A DNA stretch of 64,000 bases from positions 1 through 64,000 of the IMG/VR virus record IMGVR_UViG_3300012933_000155. The stretch is one strand, 5' to 3'. Origin of the DNA: a virus. The notes under the pieces were generated by a model, which was not told where the DNA came from, did not search any database, and was given only the letters and a program-made list of their open reading frames with translations. Every line of letters starts with the position of its first letter. The stretch's first letter is position 1. A program made the position numbers and the translations under genes. Below, piece by piece: positions 1 to 10,100 of the stretch.

Positions 1-148
1 TACCCGTACCGTTACGAGCACCGTCACCACCTAAGTCTAAGTTCTCACCTAGAATTAGTGTTAAGTCTTGTTTGTTAAAGTCTACTGCTTGTGTTACTTG
101 TCCGATTGATAGGAAGTTGCGTAATGTAATGTTCTTTAAAATAATCAT
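1..148 (-). CDS. SMC/SbcC-like recombination ATPase, T4 gp46-like (N-terminus only; gene runs off the window)
   Basis: Manual translation MIILKNITLRNFLSIGQVTQAVDFNKQDLTLILGENLDLGGDGARNGTG has the SMC-type N-terminal strands leading into Walker A (GxN..NGTG[K]); its ATG overlaps the TGA of the gp47-like gene (ATGA). Confidence 0.85.
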   Translation of the reverse strand, partial: MIILKNITLRNFLSIGQVTQAVDFNKQDLTLILGENLDLGGDGARNGTG

Positions 149-1158
149 AGGTTGTTGTAAATCTCTAACAAAATCTTTTTGTCGAATGTATTTGATTCAA
201 TACTGTTAATCTGGTCAATGACAATCTGGTCAACTGACTCAAACTTTAAGCTACCTGAGCCTTCGACTTCAACATGGTCTACCTTCATAGGGATAAGAGC
301 CATTTCACGTAGTTTGTGTTCGGGTATCATAGTTTCACGTATAAAGTTTGCTTCTTCGTAGCTAATATCAATGTCAAGATGTACTCTAACATGACTGTCG
401 GGCAATAGCAAGCCGGCTGGGTTTTCTAAAATATCAGATAGTTTGTAGACACGATATAAGGGTTGACCTGGCCAACTACGAAACTCTGGGTCTTTGTCCC
501 ACTCTAAAATCATCATGCCACGAGCATCATCGCCTGCGTCAGCATAGTTGTGAGGGAAAGCGTTACCAATGTACCAAACGTTTTTCTTTGCTTGACGTTT
601 GTGAAAGTGACCACTGAAGACTTTATCAAAGCCACTCATTTGGTCTGCGTTAATCTCACCGTGGTCTGGCATTTCTACCATAGCGTTCATAAAGAAGTTG
701 GGTAACTCAAAATGTCCAAACAGATACTTTCCCTTGAGCTTGGGAATCTTTTTGTAATCTTCTTGCACTAACCAAGGAGCAATGACTACATCACCTTCAG
801 AAAAGAAGTCATTAATGATTTTAACATTCGGGAGGTGTTTGGCCCATTCCACAGAATGTATATCACGCCGGTCACGATAGTACAAATCGTGATTGCCAGG
901 GATAAAGTAGACAGTATCGAATGCAGCATTTAGCTTCTCCAGTGCTTGTAACCCATATTGTAGTGTTTGAATGTTGATGCTTGCTCTATGATGATTGAAA
1001 TCACCTAAGAAGAAACAAGTTTCACATCCTTCTTTCTTGGCTTCTTGTACGAACCAATCAACAAAATTGGAACAGTCTGTGTTGTGTTGTAAGCTGTTTG
1101 ACTTTAGCCCGAAGTGAATATCGGTAAAGACAGCGGCTTTTTTAAAAAGGTTACTCAT
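145..1158 (-). CDS. Mre11/SbcD-like recombination endonuclease, T4 gp47-like
   Basis: Metallophosphoesterase motifs DIHFG, GDFNH, GNHD, GHF and SGHFH; adjacent to the gp46-like gene. Confidence 0.92.
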   Translation of the reverse strand: MSNLFKKAAVFTDIHFGLKSNSLQHNTDCSNFVDWFVQEAKKEGCETCFFLGDFNHHRASINIQTLQYGLQALEKLNAAFDTVYFIPGNHDLYYRDRRDIHSVEWAKHLPNVKIINDFFSEGDVVIAPWLVQEDYKKIPKLKGKYLFGHFELPNFFMNAMVEMPDHGEINADQMSGFDKVFSGHFHKRQAKKNVWYIGNAFPHNYADAGDDARGMMILEWDKDPEFRSWPGQPLYRVYKLSDILENPAGLLLPDSHVRVHLDIDISYEEANFIRETMIPEHKLREMALIPMKVDHVEVEGSGSLKFESVDQIVIDQINSIESNTFDKKILLEIYNNL

Positions 1159-1165
1159 AAATGTT

Positions 1166-1195
1166 AGTATACAGGAAGAGGGGATGTAAAAACAA
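1166..1195 (-). promoter_or_regulatory. Probable sigma70-type promoter directly upstream of the gp47-like ATG, overlapping an AGAGGGG/CCCCTCT hairpin
   Basis: Minus-strand TATACT at 1166-1171, 7 nt before the ATG; weak -35 TTGTTT; inverted repeat at about 1177-1202. Confidence 0.5.
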
Positions 1196-1218
1196 CCCCT
1201 CTGGTTAAATTGACCAAA

Positions 1219-2118
1219 TTATTCTTCGTATGAAGTACTCGATGAACCCTGACGAGTCCAACTTGGATTGAGTCCGTTGATTTCTAAAATGTCGTCACGA
1301 ATGTTTTGATTACGTTTTTCAGTATTCAACACACGACAGAAACTGTTAGTGATAGCAGCCGTATAGTATGCGAATGGGTTAGCTGATTTGGCTTCGTTGA
1401 AACGTAAACCAACATATGTAAGTTGTAGAATGGCTGAGTTACGCATTTCGTCATTGTAAGTGTATCCGCGCCAGTTAAACTTCATTGCATATTTCTCACA
1501 CATCATAATGTACATGCGGGCAAGTTTGTTAGTGATTTGTCCGTGATCCTTACTGAACTCACCATTTACTAAATCACCTTTCCAATGTGACTTTCCGATG
1601 CAACGTGCTGTATTAGTTTCGTCAAATCTAAAGTGTTGAAACGGTGGAAAGTTGACTTTAACGTGAACCATGTCGTCTACTTCTGCTTTGGTTGTATTGT
1701 CTTCTAAATCAGCAAAAATCTCTTCGCCGTCTCCCTCGAAGTCAAAGATATCTTTTGCTGTTTTCTTTTTGTCAGTCTTGCGAGGCGCTTTTGGTGCAAC
1801 TGGAATATGGTCCCAAGTCATAACTCTAAACACTAAATCTGTAACTGGGATAGAATCTGGACTAACTGAATCTTTCTCACCCGCTTCTAAGCTAAGTCTA
1901 GTTGCTCTGGTTTCTTTTGCTAATTGAATGACTTCAGGGGTAAGTGCGTGTTCTAAACTTTTCTCTATTGATTCAGTGGGCATGTCGCAAATATAGTCGT
2001 AGCGATGATCCTCTGGGTTTGCAAATGTACAATAATGTGTCTTGCTAGTATGAATTTCTTTGAGAATATCTTTATTGTTTAGATAGTTTACTGGTTTCTT
2101 ATGGGGTATTAAGGACAT
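1219..2118 (-). CDS. Late-transcription sigma factor, T4 gp55-like
   Basis: C-terminal half WRGYTYNDEMRNSAILQL...FNEAKSANPFAYYTAAITNSFCRVLNTEKRNQNIRDDIL matches the gp55 region-2 pattern; N-terminal NYLNNKDILKEI; T4-like synteny next to gp47/46. Confidence 0.85.
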   Translation of the reverse strand: MSLIPHKKPVNYLNNKDILKEIHTSKTHYCTFANPEDHRYDYICDMPTESIEKSLEHALTPEVIQLAKETRATRLSLEAGEKDSVSPDSIPVTDLVFRVMTWDHIPVAPKAPRKTDKKKTAKDIFDFEGDGEEIFADLEDNTTKAEVDDMVHVKVNFPPFQHFRFDETNTARCIGKSHWKGDLVNGEFSKDHGQITNKLARMYIMMCEKYAMKFNWRGYTYNDEMRNSAILQLTYVGLRFNEAKSANPFAYYTAAITNSFCRVLNTEKRNQNIRDDILEINGLNPSWTRQGSSSTSYEE

Positions 2119-2143
2119 ATGTCTCCGTTATTATGTTACTAGA

Positions 2144-2172
2144 ATTGTAACACTTTTGTATTAGGAATGCAA
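2144..2172 (-). promoter_or_regulatory. sigma70-type promoter for the late sigma gene
   Basis: Minus-strand TTGCAT-17 nt-TACAAT with TG extended -10; GGAG SD before the ATG. Confidence 0.7.
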
Positions 2173-2204
2173 CCTTTTTAGTAAAAAAGGGCGTTTTTTT
2201 GAGC

Positions 2205-2212
2205 GATAAATA
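2205..2212 (+). promoter_or_regulatory. T4-like late promoter GATAAATA heading the baseplate operon
   Basis: Resembles T4 TATAAATA; the same motif recurs in intergenic positions before other structural genes. Confidence 0.7.
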
Positions 2213-2235
2213 TATTTAGTAAAGGTATAATCACG

Positions 2236-4134
2236 ATGGCAATAGATTTTTCAGGCATCGCCGCACTCAAGGCAGCACAAGACGCTCAGATCCGAGCCGC
2301 AAATGGCGGAGTAATGCCAGCCGCAGATCCGAACGCCGCAAAAATAGAAGCACAAATAGCTGAAATTAATGCTAACATGAGTAAACCAAAAGTTGAAGTG
2401 CCACTGGATCAAATGCTTGCTGATGCTAAAGCAGCTCAGGACGCTAATAATGCAAGATTAGGTATTGTTCAAGATCCTGTTGCCGAAGCCGAATCGGCTA
2501 GGATAACTGCCCAATTAGCTGAGATTGATGCTAACAGAAAAGTTCAGGCTGACGTTCCTGCTACTGTTGATAGAGAAGGAATTGCCGCGGCAGCAGAAGC
2601 TCAAAGAGCTAACTCATTGCAATCAACACCTGCAGAATCCGCTCTCACCCCTAAGTCAGAATTTGTAGGACCAGGAGAACAATTAACCGATGCAGGAATC
2701 CCTGCAGGTAGAGAGATGGGCGTAGCATTTGACGATGAGGGAAATTTGAAGCCAGGTTGGACTAAAGACCCCTCAGGTCAATACATGACCACAACTGATC
2801 CCAACTTCGTTGACCAAGCAACTGTGTCAAGCGCAGCAGAGTCTAGGGCAGAGTTTGCACGAAGTCAGGCAGTAGATGCCAACGGCAACTTAAAAGAAGG
2901 CTACACGTATGATGAGTTTGGTACGCCAGTAACGAAAGCATCAATCGCAGCCGCAAATCAACAAACAGTAGGTTCTAAAGCCGACGCAGGCGCAAGCGAC
3001 CACGGTACCCCATATGATGATGAAGGTAATTTAAATAACGGCTGGGCACTAAATGAAAACGGCGATGCTGTTTGGCAGGGGGCAGGCTACAACGACAAGA
3101 CTGGTGTTACCGCAAAGCCAATTAAAGATGATCCAGGTGTCACTGACCATGGACCCGCCTACGATGATGATGGCAACTTGATGCCTGGCTTTGCTCTGGA
3201 CGAAAACAACAATGCCAAGTGGGTAGGCAAAGGATTTGTTGAACCGGCAACAGCAAAACAAGCTGAAAAAGATAGAAAAGCCGCTGCCGCAAAAGGTATA
3301 TCTGCACCTCAAAAAGAAGCAATCAAAAAAGTCTTATTCAAGCAAAAAGAAGATTGGCGAGTACGTTTAAGTTTGGCACCCAACGCAACATACCTATATC
3401 GAGCAGCAAAAGATTCTAACCACATATTGTTCCCGTTAGTAGAAACTGACGGAGTAATATTCCCCTACACGCCTTCAGTGTCAGTTACATACCAAGCGAA
3501 CTATGATGGTACTGATTTAACTCACTCAAACTATAAACACTATCAATACAAGAACAGTGAAGTTAGTGCTGTAACAATTACAGCAACGTTTACTGCACAA
3601 AGTACTGCTGATGCAAATTACTTACTAGCCGTGATTCATTTCTTCCGCTCTGCGACAAAGATGTTCTATGGTCAAGACAGTAATCCTAAGAATGGTACAC
3701 CACCTCCTCTCTGTTATCTGAGCGGTTATGGTGCTTACCAGTTCGACAATCATCCGTTAGTATTAACATCTTTTGCAATGACATTGCCTGATGATGTTGA
3801 CTATGTTAGAGCTGGTACTAACATGTCGCTTGGAACTTATTCAAGTGACGCGCCACAGAAAGCAAAACAAAAGTCTACTGGTTGGCTAGACTCAATCAAG
3901 TCCAGACTATCAAGCTCAAAGCTAAACAAGGGTGGAATCAAAGATGAACCAGTCTTCTCTAGTTTAGGAAATAAAGAAGCAACATATGTACCTAGTAAGG
4001 TTCAATTTGTTATCACATGTCTACCGATGGTAACAAGAAACGATGTAAGTAATAACTTCAGTTTAGAGAAGTATGCCTCTGGTGAGTTGTTAAGAGGCTC
4101 TAAGAGAAAAACAGGTGGCGGAGGAATTTGGTAA
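2236..4134 (+). CDS. Baseplate/tail-tube-initiator-like structural protein (gp48/gp54/gp19-like C-terminal domain) with a repetitive N-terminus
   Basis: C-terminal domain VIFPYTPSVSVTYQANYD...HSNY...FTAQ...PPPLCYLSGYG is typical of tube-fold baseplate proteins; first gene of the structural operon. Confidence 0.6.
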   Translation: MAIDFSGIAALKAAQDAQIRAANGGVMPAADPNAAKIEAQIAEINANMSKPKVEVPLDQMLADAKAAQDANNARLGIVQDPVAEAESARITAQLAEIDANRKVQADVPATVDREGIAAAAEAQRANSLQSTPAESALTPKSEFVGPGEQLTDAGIPAGREMGVAFDDEGNLKPGWTKDPSGQYMTTTDPNFVDQATVSSAAESRAEFARSQAVDANGNLKEGYTYDEFGTPVTKASIAAANQQTVGSKADAGASDHGTPYDDEGNLNNGWALNENGDAVWQGAGYNDKTGVTAKPIKDDPGVTDHGPAYDDDGNLMPGFALDENNNAKWVGKGFVEPATAKQAEKDRKAAAAKGISAPQKEAIKKVLFKQKEDWRVRLSLAPNATYLYRAAKDSNHILFPLVETDGVIFPYTPSVSVTYQANYDGTDLTHSNYKHYQYKNSEVSAVTITATFTAQSTADANYLLAVIHFFRSATKMFYGQDSNPKNGTPPPLCYLSGYGAYQFDNHPLVLTSFAMTLPDDVDYVRAGTNMSLGTYSSDAPQKAKQKSTGWLDSIKSRLSSSKLNKGGIKDEPVFSSLGNKEATYVPSKVQFVITCLPMVTRNDVSNNFSLEKYASGELLRGSKRKTGGGGIW

Positions 4135-4433
4135 TGTCATATAAACAAACAAGCCCATACTATACAAGTTCAGTAGTCAGTGGTCAATTTTTAGATGTAA
4201 TGGTTGACCGACCTATCATCAAGGATGAGACAGACTCATACTGGACTATTACTCAGACATATCACATGAGACCCGACTTATTGGCGTATGACTTATACAA
4301 CGATAGTAGGTTGTGGTGGGTGTTTGCGCAACGCAATCCTAATAGATTGAAAGATCCGTTATTTGATTTTACCGCGGGCACTAGTATCTATATCCCGCAA
4401 GAAGCTAATCTAAAGTCTTCGCTAGGATTATAA
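4128..4433 (+). CDS. LysM-like baseplate wedge protein (gp53-like)
   Basis: RPDLLAYDLYNDSRLWWVFAQRN...GTSIYIP motif; position in the baseplate cluster. Confidence 0.8.
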   Translation: MVMSYKQTSPYYTSSVVSGQFLDVMVDRPIIKDETDSYWTITQTYHMRPDLLAYDLYNDSRLWWVFAQRNPNRLKDPLFDFTAGTSIYIPQEANLKSSLGL

Positions 4434-4434
4434 G

Positions 4435-7131
4435 ATGGCATCTTCAGTAACAGTAAAAGGTTTAGGATTTGCACTTTCAGGCTCAGGCCGTGTCCTTGTG
4501 ACAGGGTCCGGGATCCAATCATCAGGTCTTGATGCAGGATACGGTGACGAATTAACTCTATCATCTATCCAACGTTTGGCATCTAGTCCAAACGTAACGC
4601 CGGAAGCAGCCGCCATATTAAATTCATTTACTGAATCGGATGTCAATAAAATAGTATTGGCATTTGTTGCACCTCCTGAACCCACACCAGTTCCTGTCTT
4701 CAAAGAATCAGAAATCAACAAACCTATACGGGTTGAGAATGCTCCAGCTCCCGTAGAGAAAACCCCAACACCTCCTACGTCCTCATCCTCATCAAAGCCG
4801 GATGATGATAATAGCAAAAATAATCAGAAGTCTGAGAAGAAAGCAACTGTCGAAGCAACTCCTGGCACCGGTGCCGGACTACCTAATCGTAGAACGTATA
4901 ACCCGTTGGGCGACTTCTCTAGTAGCACTTATCAAATTAGTTTGTATATGGTTACGCCTGAAGCAATGAATCGTTTTGTAATGTCTGGAGCTACCCAAGT
5001 AGGTAATTCAGTCGATGCTGAAGGCAAAATGAGTGATGGTTTCTACTTACTAGCTCAGAGCGGTGGCATCAACAATGTTGAGGGTGAAAAAGAGGGTGGC
5101 AATAAAAGAGCGCCTGGATTTAACTTAGACTTCTTTATCGATGATTTAAAAATGACAACTCTTACTGCTATGCAAAAGACCGGGTCATCATCGGCTGCTG
5201 ACATTAATATTGAGTTCAATATATATGAACCCTATGGTCTTTCATTCACTTCTAAGTTGACTGCGTTAGCCAAGTCACTGCAAAAGAAATCGACATTACC
5301 GGGTTTTACAGGATCATCAAATGCGCTTGCACAGTTTTATGTGTTAGGCTTACGTTTCTACGGATATGACAAAGACGGAACTTTAGTAACGTCGGCTAAC
5401 TATGCAAATTCAGATGCGAATGGTACTACGGATACTCAAGCGTTATTCGAACGATTCTTGCCAATTAAGATTTCTCAATTCCAGTTTAAGCTAACCGGTA
5501 AAACTCCCGTCTACCACATTGAAGCAGTTAACTTACCGCTTTCAGATTCTCTAGGAAACAAACGAGCGCAAGTCAACGTGACTGCACCATTGAGCGGTTC
5601 AACTGTAGGCGAGATGCTGGGTTCACTTATTTCTAAAATGAATAAGTCGGAAGAAGAATCGATGAAGAAGCGTAAAGAGCAAGTGAAGAATAAGAAAGAT
5701 GCTGTAGTACTTGCAAATGATTTTGAAATCGAGTACGAACCTAATTCTACGATCCAAGATTCAGTAATGGTAGATCCAAAAGATTTTGCAAAGTATAAAT
5801 TGAACATTGCAATGGGAGATGTAAAGTCTACTAAAGATTCTAACCCCGCAGCAGAAAGCAAAACTGCAACTAACAAGGGAAAGAAAACAGTAACGTTGTC
5901 TCCGGGTACTCACGTAATCGCTGCTATCGAGCAAGTTATCAAACAGAGTTCATACGTAAAATCAATGTTGAAAGAGATTCCTTCTGCCTTATCGGAAGAA
6001 CCTTCTTCTGAGAATTCTAGCCCTAAGCAAGTTAGTTGGTTCTCTGTATCACCTGGTATTAAAATTAAAGGGTTCGATACAACGTTAAACGACTATGCAT
6101 ACACTATTACGTATTATATTCAAACGTATACCATCCCGTTTGTCAGAAGTCCTTTGATAAGCAAAGGCTCGACTTATATGGGCCCGCATAAGAAATATGA
6201 ATACTGGTACACTGGAAAGAATACTGAAGTTATTTCATATGAACAGCAATATGACAACTTATACTTTCTGACTGGAACCGGCGCTGCACCTCCTGAATCT
6301 ACCCCTCCTGTTCCTTATGCTGACAAACCGCAACCCGCTAACCAAACCGGTTCTCAGAATAAAGCAGCAGAAGCAGTGAATGCGCTTGCAGTCGATTTGT
6401 ATGATCCTGGCTCACAAGCTACAAGTAAAATGACTATATTAGGTGATCCTGATTATCTAGCACAGTCAGTTGGTTCTTCAATGAACACTGTCTTTGATAA
6501 GCTATACGGACATGACGGGTTTTCTATTAATCCAAACGGCGGGCAAGTCTTTGTCGAATTAGATTTCAAGGTTGCAGAAGATTATGATATAGAGTCTGGT
6601 GTAATGTCCATCAATGAGAACATTCGATTCTACGACTATGACAAAAGCGTTCAAGGAAAGATTTCAGGAATCACGTTCCAACTAACTGAAGTCAACAGTA
6701 CCCTATCAAAGGGAAAATTTACACAAGAGTTAACATTGTTACCTACTAACTTAAAACAATTTGCAATCGGCGGCAATGGATCTGACAGTGCAGATGCCGG
6801 AAGAGATGGCAGTAAATCAAACGGAAAAAGAACTACGTTAGATCCTGTTGCAGCAGCAAAAGCAAGAAAAGAATTTGCCGCATCTGATCCTAGAAGATTA
6901 GACTTAGCGCAGAATAAAGATAAAGACACTAACCCATATTCTTTAAATAATGCAACAAGCAAAACTAGAAACACATTACAAGGTCTAACTAAAACTGACA
7001 AAACACCGCAAGGCGTAGACGATGATAGAACTAGCTCTGGTAATTCTAGAGGCTATAACAAAGCAAGTGAAGTATATAAGCGTGATGAATCGATGAGAGA
7101 TTCAGTGACATTGCTTCCTAAAAGACAATAA
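4435..7131 (+). CDS. Putative baseplate hub protein (gp27-like)
   Basis: 898 aa between the LysM and spike genes; C-terminal ILGDPDYL...STLSKGKFTQELTL hub-like motifs; Pro/Ser-rich variable N-terminus. Confidence 0.55.
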   Translation: MASSVTVKGLGFALSGSGRVLVTGSGIQSSGLDAGYGDELTLSSIQRLASSPNVTPEAAAILNSFTESDVNKIVLAFVAPPEPTPVPVFKESEINKPIRVENAPAPVEKTPTPPTSSSSSKPDDDNSKNNQKSEKKATVEATPGTGAGLPNRRTYNPLGDFSSSTYQISLYMVTPEAMNRFVMSGATQVGNSVDAEGKMSDGFYLLAQSGGINNVEGEKEGGNKRAPGFNLDFFIDDLKMTTLTAMQKTGSSSAADINIEFNIYEPYGLSFTSKLTALAKSLQKKSTLPGFTGSSNALAQFYVLGLRFYGYDKDGTLVTSANYANSDANGTTDTQALFERFLPIKISQFQFKLTGKTPVYHIEAVNLPLSDSLGNKRAQVNVTAPLSGSTVGEMLGSLISKMNKSEEESMKKRKEQVKNKKDAVVLANDFEIEYEPNSTIQDSVMVDPKDFAKYKLNIAMGDVKSTKDSNPAAESKTATNKGKKTVTLSPGTHVIAAIEQVIKQSSYVKSMLKEIPSALSEEPSSENSSPKQVSWFSVSPGIKIKGFDTTLNDYAYTITYYIQTYTIPFVRSPLISKGSTYMGPHKKYEYWYTGKNTEVISYEQQYDNLYFLTGTGAAPPESTPPVPYADKPQPANQTGSQNKAAEAVNALAVDLYDPGSQATSKMTILGDPDYLAQSVGSSMNTVFDKLYGHDGFSINPNGGQVFVELDFKVAEDYDIESGVMSINENIRFYDYDKSVQGKISGITFQLTEVNSTLSKGKFTQELTLLPTNLKQFAIGGNGSDSADAGRDGSKSNGKRTTLDPVAAAKARKEFAASDPRRLDLAQNKDKDTNPYSLNNATSKTRNTLQGLTKTDKTPQGVDDDRTSSGNSRGYNKASEVYKRDESMRDSVTLLPKRQ

Positions 7132-7140
7132 GGTAAAACA

Positions 7141-10100
7141 ATGAGTGAGAATGTAGCACAAGTAAGAGGTACCTCCCAGTCATTTAAAAATGACAAAGGC
7201 GGAGCGGTAACTAAAAATTATCCGCTGATAGGCATTGTTAAAAACAACATCGACCCCCAGCGCTCGGGCAGAGTTCAAGTCTTCATTGAAGACTTTGGTA
7301 GTGCCGATTCAAATGACGGGAGCAGTTGGCTAACAGTTAGTTACATGAGTCCTTTCTTTGGCTCTACTTCACCTAGCGGTGGAGATAGCGCAGGGCACGG
7401 GTCGTATACTAATAACCCACACGCATACGGTTGGTGGGGTTCACCGCCAGACATTGGCTCAAAGGTAATTTGTATATTTGTTAACGGAGATGTTAACTTT
7501 GGATACTACATTGGTGGCATTCCTGAATCGGGATTCAACCATATGGTACCCGCAATTGGCTCTTCAACTAACATTACGTTGAACTCAGGCGAAGCTGGTA
7601 GTTACGGTGGAGCAACACGCTTGCCTGTATCTGAAGTCAACAAGGGAAACAGTAAACTTGCAGGAAGTAGTAGCCCATCTAACGAAGCTCGTCCAGTACA
7701 TAGCTACCTAGCTGCGATTTTAAACAAGCAAGGATTGATTCGTGACCCGGATAGAGGTACAATAGGATCAAGTGCAGTAAGAGAAAGTCCTAGTAGAGTT
7801 ATGGGCTTTAGTAGCCCAGGACGTCCTATCTACGAGGGAGGTTTTACTGACGAGACTATCAAGGATGCATCTAAAACTGCAGGCGCTGATAGTATGAAAA
7901 TTGCAGGTAGACGTGGTGGACATTCAGTTGTTTTAGATGACGGTGACCAGTCAGGTGCAGACCAACTTCTACGTTTGCGCACAGCAGGCGGTCATCAGAT
8001 TATGATGAACGACAGTGCCGAAGCATTGTTCATCATACACAGCAATGGACAAAGTTGGGTTGAGTTAGGTAAAGAAGGTACAGTTGATATCTACTCGACT
8101 AATAGTTTCAACGTCCGCACTCAAGGTGATTTAAACTTACATGCAGATAATAATGTCAACATTCATGCTAAGAAAAATCTTAACCTTCATGCTGAAAATA
8201 TTTTTGTAGAGAGTGAAAAAGATACCGCAATCAAATCAGGCGCAAAGTTCAGTCAGCACACTTCAGCGGAACATACTGTTAAAGTTGATGCGGCTATGGC
8301 ATTTGCATCAGGTGGCGCCGCAGGATTTACTAGCTCTGCTGCGACCCACATTAATGGATCTAAAGTTAATTTGAATTCAGGTTCGTCACCATTGACACCT
8401 GCATCTGTTCAGTCGCTACCTACAATCGCCCACACTGATACACTTTATGACGGTTCTAAAGGTTATGCTGCTGCTCCTGGACATCTAAAGAGTATCACGA
8501 GCCGAGCTCCAGCTCACATGCCATGGTCAGATTTGGGAGTAGGGGTAGACGTTAAAGTAAACCTAAGCGCAGAAGCAGCCTTCCCAGCAGCCCCATCTCC
8601 TGCAGTACAACAGGCGAACAACGGTTCTGCGTCAGCTCCTCCTAACCCAACAAACCCGTCACTATCATCTACTGTGCCAAATCCGCAGGCAGCAAGCCCA
8701 TCGTTAGACAAGAACGTGACAAGTGCGTTAGTCTCTCAAGCCGCAACAAACGCCGCAACTGGTGCAGCTGCCAACGCAGTAAAGACCGGACAGTCAGTAT
8801 TAAACCCAGTGACTTCAGGTGGCGCACCTAGTGTTCAATCTTTCAGTATAGGCGATTCTTTCACTTCTGCTTTAAGTTCAAGTACTTCAGGACCAACTGC
8901 GGTCGTGGGCAAATTTGCATTGAATGCTAAACAGTTAGTAGATGCTGGAACATTGAAGCCGGGCGCTGATGCAATCATTGAGAAGGCATTAGCTGCGGGT
9001 AAGTCAATTCAAAATGCGATACCTACTAACTTGTTTACTGGTAAAGACGGTATTACATCAGTGTCTGACTTTACAAAGAACATTGGCGCTCAAGTAAATG
9101 CACAGGTATCATTGTTTAGTAATGCAGAAGATGGTTTAAAGAAAGCTGGATTGATAACTGGTGCAGAGAGCCCAACACAGACTGGCGGTTTAATTATGAC
9201 AGCAGCAGCCGCTGGTATCGGTACTGCGGTAGATTATGCTAAAGGATTAATGTCTTCTGGTACTGCTGGTCTCGGTAGTGGTCTGTCATCTGCTGCAAGT
9301 GGATTAGGTCTAAAGCTCCCAGCGGGACTTCCTAATCTAAGTAATCTAACTTCAGGTAGTCCTGGAGATTTAATGTCTGCCGGTAAGTTCGCATCTGGAT
9401 TAGCAGATAAAGTCACTGGTGGTCTAAGTTCGTTATCTTCATTGATTCCTGCAAACCCACTAGACTCTTTAAAGGGCACAGCAGCAGGCGCATTTGCAAG
9501 TATTACCTCAAAGTTTAAAACATTGAAGTCAGGTGTTCCTGTAAACTTGAATGTGATTAACGCAGAGACGGCTGCCGAAACTGCTAAAGCAGGAGGCTTC
9601 GACCCAATCAAAGCGGTTAAAGGAATGTTGCCTGATCCAAGTGGACTAGGTAAATTACCCGGAGGATTAGACTCAGTGAAAAACATGGTGTCAAGTTTGA
9701 ACCCTTCAAGTATGCTTGACAAACTCCCTAGCTTGGATAAATTAAAAACGGCAGCAACAGGTGCTATCGCAAGTGCTACTTCCGGAGTGACCTCAGCGGT
9801 GGGAAGTATCAGCAAACTTGCAACTGGTGCAACATCTGGAAGCACGTCTGGCGGCAGTATCTCTGCGGCAATCTCAAAGGGAGTTGACGGAGCAGTATCA
9901 TCAGCAACATCAGCTATTTCTAAAGGAGTTGACGGGGCACTAGCATCTGCAACATCAGCTATCGGAAACGCCAAAGGCGGTCTAATGGCTGCTGCAACTG
10001 CCGGTCTTGGTGCCGGAGAACTCTCAAAATTAAATGCATCTATCTCAGCTATTGCTTCAGGCGGACCTGCAGGTATCAAGTTGCCTACTATGGCTGAAGC

